DNA of 40,802 nucleotides, taken from contig NC_068982.1 in assembly GCF_001194135.2 (NCBI RefSeq), positions 68,090,670 through 68,131,471 of the forward strand. Reading direction: 5' to 3'. Positions 23,438 to 35,837 of the stretch are shown here, in pieces. How positions within the stretch are numbered: position 1 is the first letter of the stretch; every line of letters begins with the position of its first letter. The notes under the pieces were generated by a model that was given only the letters and a program-made list of their open reading frames with translations, did not search any database and was not told where the DNA came from. A program made the translations under genes and the position numbers. The DNA is from Octopus bimaculoides (lineage: Eukaryota).

Positions 23438-25049
23438 CTGAGAGAAAGAAAAAAGATTTCATGGTTTGATGCTATATTGCTCTATAGCTATATTAACGAT
23501 CTGAAATCATTTTTTAATTTAAATGTCATTTCTTTATTAACAATACCGATTTCTTTCACAAGATTATAACGTCAATTAGTGTTAGAAAATGGGTAGGGTA
23601 AATTGAAACGAACAAATGTTATTGAGGATATTGATTTCCATTTGAAAATATACAATATTATGTACAAGATCGAAGAATTGTTAAAATCTGTTGAATCGAG
23701 AGGGCATTTTATTTTTATTGTTCATCTGTATTTTACTACTACGATTATTATATTATTATTAAGAGTTCGTTTTTATCGAAAAAAAAATTAAGACTTTAAA
23801 TCGAAATAATTATTAATCGACTTTAATAAACATTAAACTGTATAAATTCATAATTCATCAAAATTTCTATCAAAAATATTATATTGAACAAAATTTTGTC
23901 TTTTATCATAGTTGAAAAATATTTGTATTTAAATCTATATAGTTTTTGTGTACATGTCTCGCTACAGAACTTTCCAACTCTTACAGTTATAAAATTTATC
24001 ATAATACAAATGATGTTAATAAAAATATTTAATTCAACATAAGTTGTTACTAGGAATTTCTTATAATCGTTTAGTTTTTTTTGTCAGTGTTATTTCATTT
24101 ACTATTTTATTCTCAAGGGTGCAGTATTTTTAATTCTCAACAAAAGTACGGGAGGTGATTGTTCTACCACCAATACTTCGAGAATGTTTATTAGGTGGCC
24201 AAAGAAAACCTCGACTTTCAGAGGGATGAAATGAGGGAAGTTATGGTTAAATTTTATTCATTTATTTACTCTCGTATGCAACTGGATTAACTCTGCAAGG
24301 AGTTTACTCCTGCAACAAGTTGTTTTATATACGAACATGCAAACTGAAGTTTTAAAGTGAGGCAACTGCAAGGCCCTCGCGAAATAAATCTAGCGTATTT
24401 CTTTTGAAATTAATAATTTATTTATTAATATAAAAAGAGGGAAGTTCTGCATATGTCAGTGCACAAGGAATGAAGGATATTATATAAAAGAAATATTTCA
24501 TAGGCTCTTTGCCGTAAATTTCGTTGAGAAAATCTCATTTTTTAATTATTTGGGCATGCTCAGTTACACTAATTTTAGTTTAATATCGGGAATTAAAGGG
24601 TGTTTTGGCTGTTCCGAAACTTACTATAAGGACGTACTTTGCGCTCCATTAATACCCTGCTATAAGTGTACAATTAGGGAATGTATATGTCCTTTTTGCT
24701 CATTTCTATTATTGCCAGTTTAAAATAAAAGATGAGAACAGAGTCATAAATATAAATGACAAAAATAGTTGCAAAATACTTTCTCGAATATTCTGTTATA
24801 TTAATGGATGCGATACACTAAGGCAGTTATTTCAACTTATATCAAAACATCTGTTAATGGGATTTAAAAAATTCTTTGCATATAACACTTTCTGTATCTC
24901 GTTTAATGCTTGTGCAAACTATTTAGATTTAAACTAAATGAGATATATCGTATAAAAACATATTTGTAAAGTTAAATAGTAGCAGCAGTAAGTCTAATTT
25001 TGACAATGTCAATTGGTGGTGGGGGGGAGAAAAATTCAGTTACGTTGAC

Positions 25050-25560
25050 AAACTAAAAAGACCTACGCCCTCATTATGCGTTAAAATCGCTTAAATACAA
25101 AAAACAACAAAAGTAGGCTATGCTTTCGTTTCTATTATTCTTTGTACGATGAAAATCAGGATTTGCGCTTACTGAACGTTGGTTTAGAAGTTCGTTCTGT
25201 TGCTCTCTGTTGCACAAAAACTGTTTATATCGGTCGAACACGTGACGTTTTCTGCCACGTGAACACAAAGAATGTGTTGAAGTAGTTCTTGATTGTAGGT
25301 CACATGGTTTCTCATGCTAACAGCTAAAGGGCAACAATTCTTTTTAACTTCGCTGAATTTCTGTCGACTGTTGCTAAAAATTCATCGACTGCTGATATAA
25401 TAACTGGCTATTTTCTCATGTTTGACCAATAATTTGATTAATCGACTTCTCTTGTTCATTTGTGCCTTTTAATAACGCACACTTTCACTTACACGTGTGC
25501 GCAGTACAACCGCCCACGCGTTTAGTGCTTATTATGCAATGCAGCTGGTTATTAAGGTTG
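25050..25560. promoter_or_regulatory. CpG-retaining promoter/enhancer-like region with three canonical E-boxes and a GC-box-like element
   Basis: CACGTG at 25239 (CACGTGAC overlapping TGACGT), 25256 and 25492; ccgcccacgcg at ~25510; minus-strand donor CGT|gtaagt at ~25491. Confidence 0.45.
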
Positions 25561-26594
25561 TAAATCATTTTTGCTTTGCGCTGAAAATTTTAATTAAAGA
25601 AAATGAAATTTTAGTCATAAACCATATTCAGACACAGCTTTTGCCTGAATTTAGTTTTTAAAATATCTCAACTGATTTTAAATTGTATACAATGGAATAT
25701 TTACATTTATAAAAATCCATTTAGTTTACAACACCACCCCCCTGTCAGTTTAGTTGAGAGATGACAGATACAATACTGGGTTTTTTTTTTTACTTATTTT
25801 TAACTTTTTTTATAGATTACTGTTGTGAGTTCGTATGCTAGCAGGGTCAAGTTTGACTTTCATTACTTCTAAGCCTATTGAATACGCCCCAGTATAATAT
25901 AATGTATTAAATGCTAAAATTATTTATAGTTACTTCATTTTCAATAGGTTTTTTTTTTTAATACATTTATAATGATATTAAATTTTATATAAGTGTTAAT
26001 ATATTCACATAAATAGAAGTTTTGCGTGATTTATTTAAATACAGAATTTATATATTTCATTTTTCTATAGCTGGTTTTGATAATTATCTGTTCACTTTCA
26101 CAAAAAAGTTATTTTCACGTGTTTAACAACTTCCAAACCAGTCTTTGTAATAGACATTTAAATTTAGCATACACTTAATTGTCAGAAGAAAAAAATACCG
26201 CCTCGTGATATATAAATAGAATTCTTCAATTGTATTGACTATATAACCTATATTTGACTTTTAATATGCAGGATGTGTTCGGTTTTGTTATTGTATTCAA
26301 AAGAAAGTTATGTTAAATACGAAGACTGTGACTTGATCGAAGTGTCGGAGCAGAAAAGAAATCTTTTGTAGTATTTGTTCATATCTATGTTCAAATTCTT
26401 CTTGGATCGATAAAATATTGTAGTAGTCAAGTACTGGATGATTTAATTGACTGCTGATTTGCGCCAACATGCAGTTAGTTGGCTAGTATCGTACAGCAGA
26501 ACCTAAATATCTGCCTGATCGCAGGGCGTTGATGGTAGGTGAATTGACACATTGGTTGGAGAGATACGGTTGGCTCATCAATATTATATAATAC

Positions 26595-26790
26595 CTACCG
26601 TGCCGGGCAAAATGCTTAGCAGCATTTCGTATGTCTTAACGTTCTGAGTTCACATTTCACCGTGGTCGACTTTGCCTTTCATCCCTTTCGGGTTTGATAA
26701 AATAAGTTTCAATTGATGATAGGGTTGACGTAATAGACTTACCCCCTCCTCCGAAATTGCTAGCCTTGGGCCAAAATTTGAAACTAATAT
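26595..26790 (+). mobile_element. Family B SINE
   Basis: cgtgccgggcaaaatgcttagcagcatttcg...gttctgagttcac...gtcgactttgcctttcatcc...gataaaataag...ccaaaatttgaaac. Confidence 0.85.
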
Positions 26791-27244
26791 TATCTAATTG
26801 CAACACGTTCTATTATTGCAGAATATAGCATACTTGCTATTGTTTACTCGTACATAAACATTTTTTCTTTTTCTAAAAGTAAACCCCATTAAAAAGGAAT
26901 AAAAGAAAAGGTCGTGCATTTTAACTATAATTTTTTCCCCCTCTTTGCTGTGTTCACACCAGACAATGGTTTTTTAAAACTGAAGTTTTAACTTCCAGGG
27001 TTCAGTTGCAATCAACTTTATTTGCACTACTTAAGATCATAAGTGGAGCCTGTAAAGAAATACACAAACTACAATAAATCATTCAAAACTATAAACAACC
27101 TGTGTAACTTTAGCCATATATAGTTTTTCTTTTTCTTGGAAAACTCAATATCTTATCACATTTATAGCTCATGTCTTAAAGTAAAAAATGATGCAGAGAT
27201 AATTTTCACATGAAATATACCAAGCAACAATGTAATTTACTAAG

Positions 27245-27640
27245 CATGAAGCAGACAGGTTGCTTCCCAACGACATTGTTTTGAGTTTAGTCCCTCTGCA
27301 TGGCACCTTGGACAAATATCTTCTAATATAGCCTTTGTGAGTGGATTTGATGGAGGAAAGCTGTAAGAAGCTCGCCATATATAAGTTATGTGTTTGTGTG
27401 TGTGTGAGTGTCTCCTTGATTGTACATTGTGTGATAGTTTTAAATGAGCATCATCATCATACAAGTGGCGTCCATCATTTCCAATCTTCCATGAAGAAGT
27501 CTGCCCATAGGAAAATATTACTTTACTCAGAAACAGTTGAGGGTTGGTGACAAGAAGGGCATCTGACCATTGAAAATCTGCCTCAATGAATTCCATTTCA
27601 CCCATACAAGCATGGAAAAAGTGGACAAAGATTATGAAAG
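27245..27640 (+). mobile_element. Family A SINE head joined to an RTE-like tail
   Basis: Family A head to ~27420, then gagggttggtgacaagaagggcatc...cccatacaagcatggaaaaagtggac. Confidence 0.75.
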
Positions 27641-29876
27641 GAAAGTTAAATGCTTTGCCTAAAGAAATAGTGCAGTGTTCTACTAAGATATACAAACAAT
27701 CTGAAAGCACTAGTCTATTGTATAATTCAACAGCAACAGTAGCACAATAATAAGCGTTTAACAGAAAAGTGAATAAGGAATGTGAGTTAGATGTTTGAAC
27801 ACACTATATAAATCACTACAAGGTTTTTCTATCTCTGGTAAAATATTAGAGATCACATAAATAAGATACTGTTCTCTGGACCATATTTTGGGTTTGTAAC
27901 ACAGTACAGGTATTACATTGGATCCTTTGCTATTTGCTTTGTACTTTACTTCTAATTAATACTATAATTATGTACGTATTATTAATGACTTCAATGTTGC
28001 TGGCCATGTATAGTATAGATTTAATCCATTTTCTCATTGAGAAAAAGAGATCATCAGATAGCTGATGAGCACTTAAAGCAAATTATTCAATATGCCCTAA
28101 CACACTTAGCTATAGATCAGGAAATGAATGCATTGGTAATGGGTGTCACACAAACAGACTGACAGCTGACAAGAAGTTTTGTAATTTATAATGTTGACCT
28201 TTGAAATGTTGTGCTGCATATTGAAGACTAATGAGATTATGTGTGTACTACATAGTTTTGATTTCAAATGCAGCAAAGGTAGATAAATTTTGTTAACATC
28301 ATGTTAATTTAGTCTATTCCATCTCTTTTCGAAAGAAGACTTCAGGTTTCATTAAAGGCATCAATGTTTATTATGAATAAGCAACAACTTTTAAATTCAT
28401 TACATTACAACTTTATCATATAAGTCTGTGGTATATAATGTATTTATTTTATTAGAAATGATTAGACAGTTACAGATTGTAATTCAAACTTTGCTACGTG
28501 TATTGCAATGTGGTTGTCATCCTGTTATATTATTTTACTACCACCCCATCTTCTTAGTCATCTAAATTGTTTGTATTATTAGATTGTCTTTAATCTGCTT
28601 CCCTCCTTATGCTTTTAATCATTTAATACTTTAATTCTAAACTGACTATGATGTTTACACTATTTCAGCTAACTGTATATTTCTTTAAAAGATGTATCAA
28701 TGACTTTTAAAGTGACCTTTTAATTTCATATGTGACACACAGTTGGGAATACAGATGAAATTTCCTCGCCTTGGGTAGGCAGCTATCCAATTGCTGGTAA
28801 ACTTTTCATAAGGCAAGCAAATAATGTTAAAGTGCCTGTCCTAGTAATACATTGCAACAACTATAGTAGAGTACAGATGCCTGATTCTATGTGTAAAATA
28901 TTATTTGTACATTCATGTGCAAACAATTTTTGTCGCATAGTCTTAGAAACTTGATACATGAACTAAATATGTATTTTATTTTTCACAGACATTTAACAAA
29001 TATCTTGCAATTTGAAGTAAAACAGAAAAATTTCCCTTTTGTGCCTCCCATAAATAGAATATTCAGCAGTTTTATTCTTGTCATGAAATAAATTTTACAT
29101 TGAAAGTAGATATATATATTTAATTCTTGAGGCTTGTATAGATTTCTCAGGTAGTTCATTAAACTAAGAGACTTCATTTGCTGACGCCACATCTATTTAG
29201 CCATAAGGTTTCTCCTTCATCATATAACATTAGCAACTGACCTGTATCAAATACGATGAACTATTTTTGTGAGCTCATCTGTATATATGTATATTTATGT
29301 GGTTGAGATGCCAATGGCTTACATAACATAATTAAACACACGACATTGACGGGAATTAAATAGATGAGTATTTGGAGCAGATACATTTGACATTTTGAAA
29401 ATAGAAGATTCAAAAAGTAATAAAAATAAAAATGGAAATAGTTTGTGTGTAGTTGTTTGAACTTGTTTGAGAAAGATGAAAACTGGTAGAATAAGCTGAA
29501 AGAAAATAGTCTTTGGTATTGTTATGAGTGGCACATAATTTCCTTCCTGGTTTCTATGCATTTATGATGAAGCTCTGTATAGCATTGTTTTTGTTGTTGT
29601 TTTTTTTTCTTTCTCTCAAATTAACTAGAGTCAGATAGTAAGATAGAACACAGTAAGACGGGAATAACGAAGCCGTGGAAACTATGTATTTGAATATAAA
29701 TAGATCAACGTAGACAATCTTATAAATACACATGAAATTCAACAGAAACTGGTTACTAATTATAAATATGAGCACAATTTGCCACTGCATATTATGTTTC
29801 TTTCAGCTGATTTTTCACAAACACATTGATATAAGACCATATTTTGACTCATATGTTTTGGGGCATTTTTTTTTCT

Positions 29877-29959
29877 TCATAGTTTCTTTATTAAATGGTT
29901 TCTGGAACTTTCTGAATGTTCCAAATGATATTGATTATAAATTCTTTCTTTCAATGTTT
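29877..29959 (-). CDS. Candidate terminal coding exon
   Basis: Very strong acceptor cttccccttccttcttttcttttttcag|. Longest frame ETLKERIYNQYHLEHSESSRNHLIKKL*, followed by ~2 kb of non-repetitive, 3'UTR-like sequence. Confidence 0.3.
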
Positions 29960-30815
29960 CTGAAAAAAGAAAAGAAGGAAGGGGAAGTGTCACGTGTGAG
30001 AAAAAAAAACGTGACACAAGTTCACCTCTGTCCAGTGGGTATGTCATTGGTCTAAATATCAAGTGTACAAACAAGTCAAGTTTATTTGCAACAATCGATT
30101 GAATTTCTAAGCAAATTTAAACTTTGACTAATCCTCTTTAACTATTTCCATAAGAGAACAATCAACTTCCTGTGATGAAACAGCATGTCTTATTGTCTTA
30201 TTTGTTTTTCTCTCTCTTTCTGTTTTTTTTTTGTGATAAATAAAATTTCTTGTAGAAATATAAGGAGAGTCTTATTTAACCCTAAGTATACAAGTACTGT
30301 AATAGAATAAATAAAATAAAGGAAACAGAAAAAATAAAAATAGCCAAAGCAGGAAACAGTATTTATTGTTAGGTGACTTAGATGTTTGCTTTGCATCTCA
30401 CCTGTAAATATGCTATTTGCCAACGTGAGCAGTTGCATTGGTTACCTGTCAGTCTAATAATTTGTATAAACAAAGAAACTAAATATCAATACAATAAACG
30501 TGATCTAAATTGCTACTCAACTTTGGTTCAAATTAATCAAAACCATGAATGTCACACAAACTCATTTCCCCTCTCTTTCATTTAAATCTTACCACTGATC
30601 AAATAGCAAATATCCATTGGCATTTAGCTTGTTGATGTCAAAATATAAAACAGTTTTTTTTTTTGTTTTTTTTTTATTAGTTGTAGGCTTCTCTTGAGAT
30701 TGTGGTAGATTAATTTCCTAACCAAGCATAGAATATATTTCTATCCATGTTACATTTTTGATACCAGCCCACATGAAGCTGCCTCAGGTTCTTTGATACA
30801 AACTTCCTGTTTGAA

Positions 30816-31024
30816 CCCTTTAGCATTCACATTATTCTGCTAAATATAATACTTATTTAGAACTAATCATGCATTATCTTGTAACTTTGAGATTTTGATG
30901 ATGTGACTTTATTTTTAGAATGTTAATGTAGTGTAGGTGAGTGAGGCCAGGTCTGGCTGGTTTGAACATAAAACAGATAGACTATTGCAGCCTGATGTAG
31001 CCAGTTTAAATGCTAAAGAGTTAA
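30816..31024. mobile_element. MITE with TTAA-type (piggyBac-like) ends
   Basis: TIRs ccctttagcatt (30816-30827) / aatgctaaagag (31009-31020). Right flank TTAA; left flank tgaa (degenerate). Confidence 0.75.
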
Positions 31025-31063
31025 AGTGGTCTAAGTTAAGACCTCAGGATCCACTGAAACAAG

Positions 31064-31248
31064 TAACTCTTGATATTGGCTAATGAAGGTTAGGTTCCAC
31101 CATTTAGTTTGTGGAGATTCAGCAATACAGTCTTATACAAAAATGGGATATATATTTACTTCTTTGTATCCACAAAAGAAGCTAACTCTTGATATTGGCT
31201 AAGGAAGTGTAGGTTCTACCATTTAGTTTGTTGAGGACAGTCTCATAC
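31064..31248. repeat. Imperfect ~70-nt direct repeat
   Basis: taactcttgatattggctaa.gaag..taggttc.accatttagtttgt...acagtct.atac at 31064-31138 and 31183-31248. Confidence 0.85.
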
Positions 31249-31874
31249 TAAGGACATGTTAGAGTGAGAAAGAAAATATGGACAGGAGATCACTTGGCTC
31301 ATCTGTTGATGAAGAGCACAGCTATCTGCATGAACTAATGTTAATTGCAGAAATCAGTGAACATCAATGCCTTAAACACACATTGTGACCCTGAAATCTC
31401 ATCATGCTGGAATTCCATCTGTTTGAGAGGTTTTCTTGTCCAACCCTTGTCAACATGGAACATGGTTGTTAGATAATGATGATGATTCTAGTACTTTAAC
31501 TAAATCAGATTTCTGAACATAGTTGCAATCCATTTGTAGATTGTAAGCAATTAACCCACATGTGAGTTAATATTTACCTCTAAGTGTCAGTTTACCTGTT
31601 AAACTATATAGATATAACAATTACATCATGGGAAGTTCTTTTAACCATTAAAATCATGCAAAGTAGTATATATCCAATATGACTCATCCTTTTCTGTGAT
31701 ATAATTGTTTCAATTGCAACATGTGGTATCAGATCAAATCACTTGCCAAACAAGTACATCTCTGAAATCTATAAAGGTATGTGTCTGTGTGTGTAAAGGA
31801 TTGTTTCTGCAAACAGGAGAAATAGAACTCAAAACATACAGAAGAGTTTCCTTATTAGTATAATTAATGTCCAT

Positions 31875-31985
31875 TTTTCAAGGCCAGCATGGGTTAGACA
31901 AGAAGTTATTTGAAGCAGAATCTCATGGCTGGATGCTCTTCTTGTGGCCAACACTTACGTATTTTTCAAGGAAGGGTTTTATTTT
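31875..31985 (-). mobile_element. Family C / RTE-tail fragment
   Basis: gcatgggttagac...catggctggatgctcttcttgtggccaacac. Confidence 0.65.
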
Positions 31986-32089
31986 TTATTCCAGAAAATT
32001 TTTTAAATGTAGAGTGACCAGTTATAAATTTTTTCTACTTTAAGTACAAGGCCTTAGTTCTTATTGCTTATGACTAACTTATCTAAGCT

Positions 32090-32360
32090 CTATTATTCAT
32101 TATTCATATACTCAGACTCACTCAATTCACCTGCCTGTTTCTCTGCCAACAGTATGCCTACTTCACCAATTCTATCATTGTTACATACCCAAAAGAAGTT
32201 TGTCTGTATTTCTTGTCTATGAGGAGTTTAGTTGAGGCTCTCTTCCCTCTTATGTCTTGTACATAGTACCAAGACTTGTCTACTTGCCCCCATTCTATCA
32301 GTTCTACAATATGCTGGGTAATAGAGTAAGTGAGGACCTGTGATTAAAGTACCTATATAC
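32090..32360 (-). mobile_element. Degenerate RTE LINE apurinic-endonuclease fragment
   Basis: Frameshifted peptides VDKSWYYVQDIRGKRASTKLL...KKYR and FFWVCNNDRIGEVGILLAEK resemble the RTE APE motifs (VD..C.QE.RW.G; FW.G.....GVGILL.EK). Confidence 0.7.
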
Positions 32361-32546
32361 AATTTCTCACAATTATGGATACACTTAATAATATAAAAAA
32401 TAGTAGAAATAATAATTATTGATTAACTTCAAATCTTGGTTGATGCACTTTCCTTGAGAAATGAGTGATAAATGCCATGTCTAATTAAACATAACTGATA
32501 CCTTACTCAATGAATCTTCACTGAAGCTACTGCAAAAGAGTGGGGA

Positions 32547-32548
<2 letters not shown>

Positions 32549-32577
<29 letters not shown>
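32549..32577. repeat. (AG)n microsatellite
   Basis: Directly visible. Confidence 0.95.
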
Positions 32578-32706
32578 TTGGGGATGATAGAAAGGAGTAG
32601 AGAGAAAAATATACAATAGGTGAAAAATGTACAATAGGTGAAGAGAATGAAGAATATTATATGATCCAGAGAGTAATTATATGATTTCTACTTGTTAGGG
32701 ATATCT

Positions 32707-32707
<1 letters not shown>

Positions 32708-32744
<37 letters not shown>
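32708..32744. repeat. (TAA)n microsatellite
   Basis: Directly visible. Confidence 0.95.
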
Positions 32745-32747
<3 letters not shown>

Positions 32748-33739
32748 GTGGCAGAAATAATAATTATTAATTAGCTTAAATTTGACATCCTCAGTTGATA
32801 TGATTTCCTTGAGTAATGAGAAATAATAAGCTGAAAAAGTTACTGTAATCACCCATGCAGTTACATTAAAGAATAACTGAATAAGCAAGCTTTTGATATC
32901 TTTAAAATACCAAGATTTTTTTATCATCATTTTTTTTTCCGATCAACAGAAGCACTCATTTCTGTCTGAAGATTTGTATTCTTTGCCTTTTTCAATATTG
33001 AACAAATAGGTATCCTCGGCTGTTGCATGTCTCTGTTGTAAATATTCTCAGGAGAACATAAACAAAAGTTTTGGGCCATTCTGTAGTAATCAACGCTTCA
33101 GCTAATAAATGAAAATAAAACTAACTCAATTCCTCTCCCCATGAAGTACATTTGTGCACAAATATTCTCTTGTCTTTTCCACCTGTTCCAATTATGCTTC
33201 AGTTGGCATAACATTTTTCTTTTACTCATCTCTTTTGCAAATTATTCTTCATTTTGACATGTCAGCTGTCCATTAAATGAAGCAATTTTTTTTCCTCTTT
33301 TTTTTTAATCATATTTTATTTTTTTAATTCTGACACATTTCCACTATCTTAACTCATACATTCTCTTATGATTTCCATCTTCATTAAGAAGTATTGATTT
33401 TTACAAATGGTTGCAGATCAAAAATTACATTGCCTTGATCTACCAGGATTTTTATTCGAAGTGATCCTCTCTTAGACAAACTACCTTAACCACAGTTTAA
33501 AAGTGCAAGTCTACACTCCTCCAATCCACACCACCATTAATGGTCTTACAGTATGCTTGTTCACCATCTCAAGTATATTTTATGTATACTGAATACACCA
33601 GTCTTTAAACCAGTCTTGTTTTCTCCTGGGTGCTAACAAGGGTCCCTGCCAAGCTGGCCTAGTGGAGATGCTACTTTAGTCACCAATGAACTGGCATACA
33701 CACACACATACACACACATGTAAACTTGACATTTGGAAA

Positions 33740-33865
33740 GGTATGCAACTGTGGAAACCACATAAAAATGGACTATGGAACTCAATGCAGTCCCCCTGTT
33801 CATTGGATCCTGTCAAACTGTCCAAGCCAAGCTGGTATAGAAAATAAACATTAAATGATGATGAT
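33740..33865 (+). mobile_element. Family C / RTE-tail fragment with (GAT)n tail
   Basis: ggatcctgtcaaactgtccaa...aaacattaaatgatgatgat. Confidence 0.7.
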
Positions 33866-33869
33866 ATAC

Positions 33870-33954
33870 ATACAGACATACAAGGACATAAACACACTAA
33901 CACCGGTTGTCAAGCAGTGGTGGGGGAAAACACATACACAAAGACACACTCGCG

Positions 33955-34035
<81 letters not shown>

Positions 34036-34185
34036 GACCTTTCAGTTTCTTATCTACCAAATCCACTCACAAGGCTTTGGTCAGCTTGAGGTTAGTAGAA
34101 GACACTTGACCAAGGTGCCATGCAGTGAGACTGAAACCAGAAACGTGTAGTTGGAAAGCAAACTTCTTACCACACAGCTACACCT
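33870..34185 (-). mobile_element. Family A SINE with long internal (AT)n
   Basis: ggttgtcaagcagtggtggggg...(AT)n...accaaatccactcacaaggctttgg...aagcaaacttcttaccacacagc. Confidence 0.85.
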
Positions 34186-34199
34186 GTGTGTTTGTCTTC

Positions 34200-34560
34200 C
34201 ATACAAGCTTGAGTTGGACAGTTTGACAGGATCCAACAGGTGAAGGGACCATTTCATGCTTCAGCTGCTTTATAATTGTTTCCACAGCTGGATGCTCTTC
34301 CTGATGCCAACCACTTCGCAGAGTATACTGGGTGCATCTTAAAACAGTCAGTAGACTGTGTAAAGTCATTGGAATCCAGCCGTACTGGAACACTATCAAA
34401 ACAAATCAGCTCCTGTATTTATTTTAAGTCTGGTGCTTATCAGTTACTTTTTCATGGGCTGCTAAGATAAGACATAAACAAACCAACATGAGTTGCCATA
34501 CTGTGGAAGGACAAACAAACACAAAGACACACACACATATATATATATATAAACATATAT
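34200..34560 (-). mobile_element. Family C fragment followed by a family A 3' fragment
   Basis: gttggacagtttgacaggatcc...gctggatgctcttcctgatgccaaccac, then aagtctggtgcttat...gctgctaag...aaaccaac. Confidence 0.7.
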
Positions 34561-34959
34561 ACGTACATACACACAAAGCAATATGTGTGTGTATAGATAT
34601 CACTTTATCTACAATCTATAAACAGATTTTTTTTTCATTTTTATTATTTCACATTAAAGCATAATAATTGTTCTCGATTAAAAAGAAGGAAAAAAAGCAT
34701 AGTTATAAGTGTTTGTTCACTTTTCTTTATATTTATTTATTTGTTGTTGTTCATTTTGGAAGTAGTTTTATCAGTGTCCTGAATTTCACGCAATAACAGC
34801 AAATATATATTAAAAAAAAAAAACTTCTTGATTATCAAGTCGCATTTTATTTTATTTTTTCAGCTTTTCTTTTGGTTTCGTATGTATATACTTATATTGC
34901 ACAAGTATACCCATTGTTTTTAGTTTGAATCTTAAGAAACTATTAAAATAAATAAATAA

Positions 34960-35095
34960 AAACTATCACTGCACGTGACCTTGTTCCACGCATTATCCAC
35001 TACCAAATAGGCGTGGCTTCAAATCTGTGAAGTCATTCTCTTTGCCAATGTCTTCCTAAATGAATGTCACCAAAGTGTCTGGCCAATTTTATTGC
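34960..35095. promoter_or_regulatory. Promoter-like motif cluster
   Basis: CACGTGAC at 34972, GGCGTGGC at 35010-35017, and CCAAT at 35045 and 35083, all within ~120 nt. Confidence 0.35.
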
Positions 35096-35315
35096 TTTTG
35101 TTTTCAAATCTTTTTCATGAATGAATTATAAATTATTTGTCTTCTCAATACTTTTGAATTACGAGTTGCTGTTCCCTCCCACTTCCTTATTTTTCATCGT
35201 TGTTTTTCTTTTCTTTTTCTTTTTTTCTTCTCTGTTCTTTTTGTTCTCCTGCCAAAATCTCAACAAATTTTATGGTTGGGGGAAGAGAAAGATGTGGGGA
35301 TGACCTTTTGTTTAC

Positions 35316-35386
35316 CTGCATTACCGGTATAAACCTTTCTCCGGTTATATTGTCTAAAGATATTGCTCCTTGTATAACGTGTGTGT
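35316..35386 (-). CDS. Candidate internal exon (71 nt)
   Basis: ~50-nt pyrimidine tract ending tatacaacag| and donor CAG|gtaaac. Two open frames (THVIQGAISLDNITGERFIPVMQ or HTRYTRSNIFRQYNRRKVYTGNA). Confidence 0.35.
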
Positions 35387-35837
35387 CTGTTGTATAAACG
35401 GAAGAGGGTAAGCAAGGTAAATTGAGAAAAAAGAATGTGAAAACTAACAAGAACAAAGCATAAATTCTTAACTGTTTCAATCAACATTATACAAAGCCAA
35501 ACCAGGTTATTGTTACTGGATTTTTCTACGTTTTTTTAATATTCTTTCTTCCAATACTTGTTCTGAAAGTAGACAATTGGCTTTGAAAGTATTTGAATTT
35601 TGTCTCAGACACTCAGTATTCGCTGACTGTTACAAAGTGTACGGAACCGTTTTGTGTCGAATCTGAAGAGGATTTAAAATTAATGGGTAATGCATCATTC
35701 ATGGTAGGTCATTTAATTTTTTTTAAATCATTTATAAAATGCAACAATGTGAATAACATTAAGAACACTAATAACTCGAGAAATATTCTAAAGCAAAAAA
35801 TCATTTTGAATCTAAAGGTGTGTGTGTATATGTGTGA

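Noticed and set aside
22778-28794. Plus-strand exon-like segments (22778-22833, 25816-25824, ~28745-28798) and similar ones near 17.3 and 19.8 kb on either strand
   Set aside because: Splice-like pairs are frequent by chance in poly-T-rich DNA; no consistent gene model or recognisable peptide.
23413-29923. Shared Y.[LI]EHS peptide between exon candidates at 23.4 and 29.9 kb (duplicated exons?)
   Set aside because: Rests on an ~11-nt match only.
31305-31395. C/D box snoRNA-like TGATGA...CTGA
   Set aside because: No terminal stem and no recognisable rRNA/snRNA guide.
35187-35480. ORF with apparent signal peptide
   Set aside because: Starts at TTG after a stop; the hydrophobic stretch is the translation of a polypyrimidine tract.
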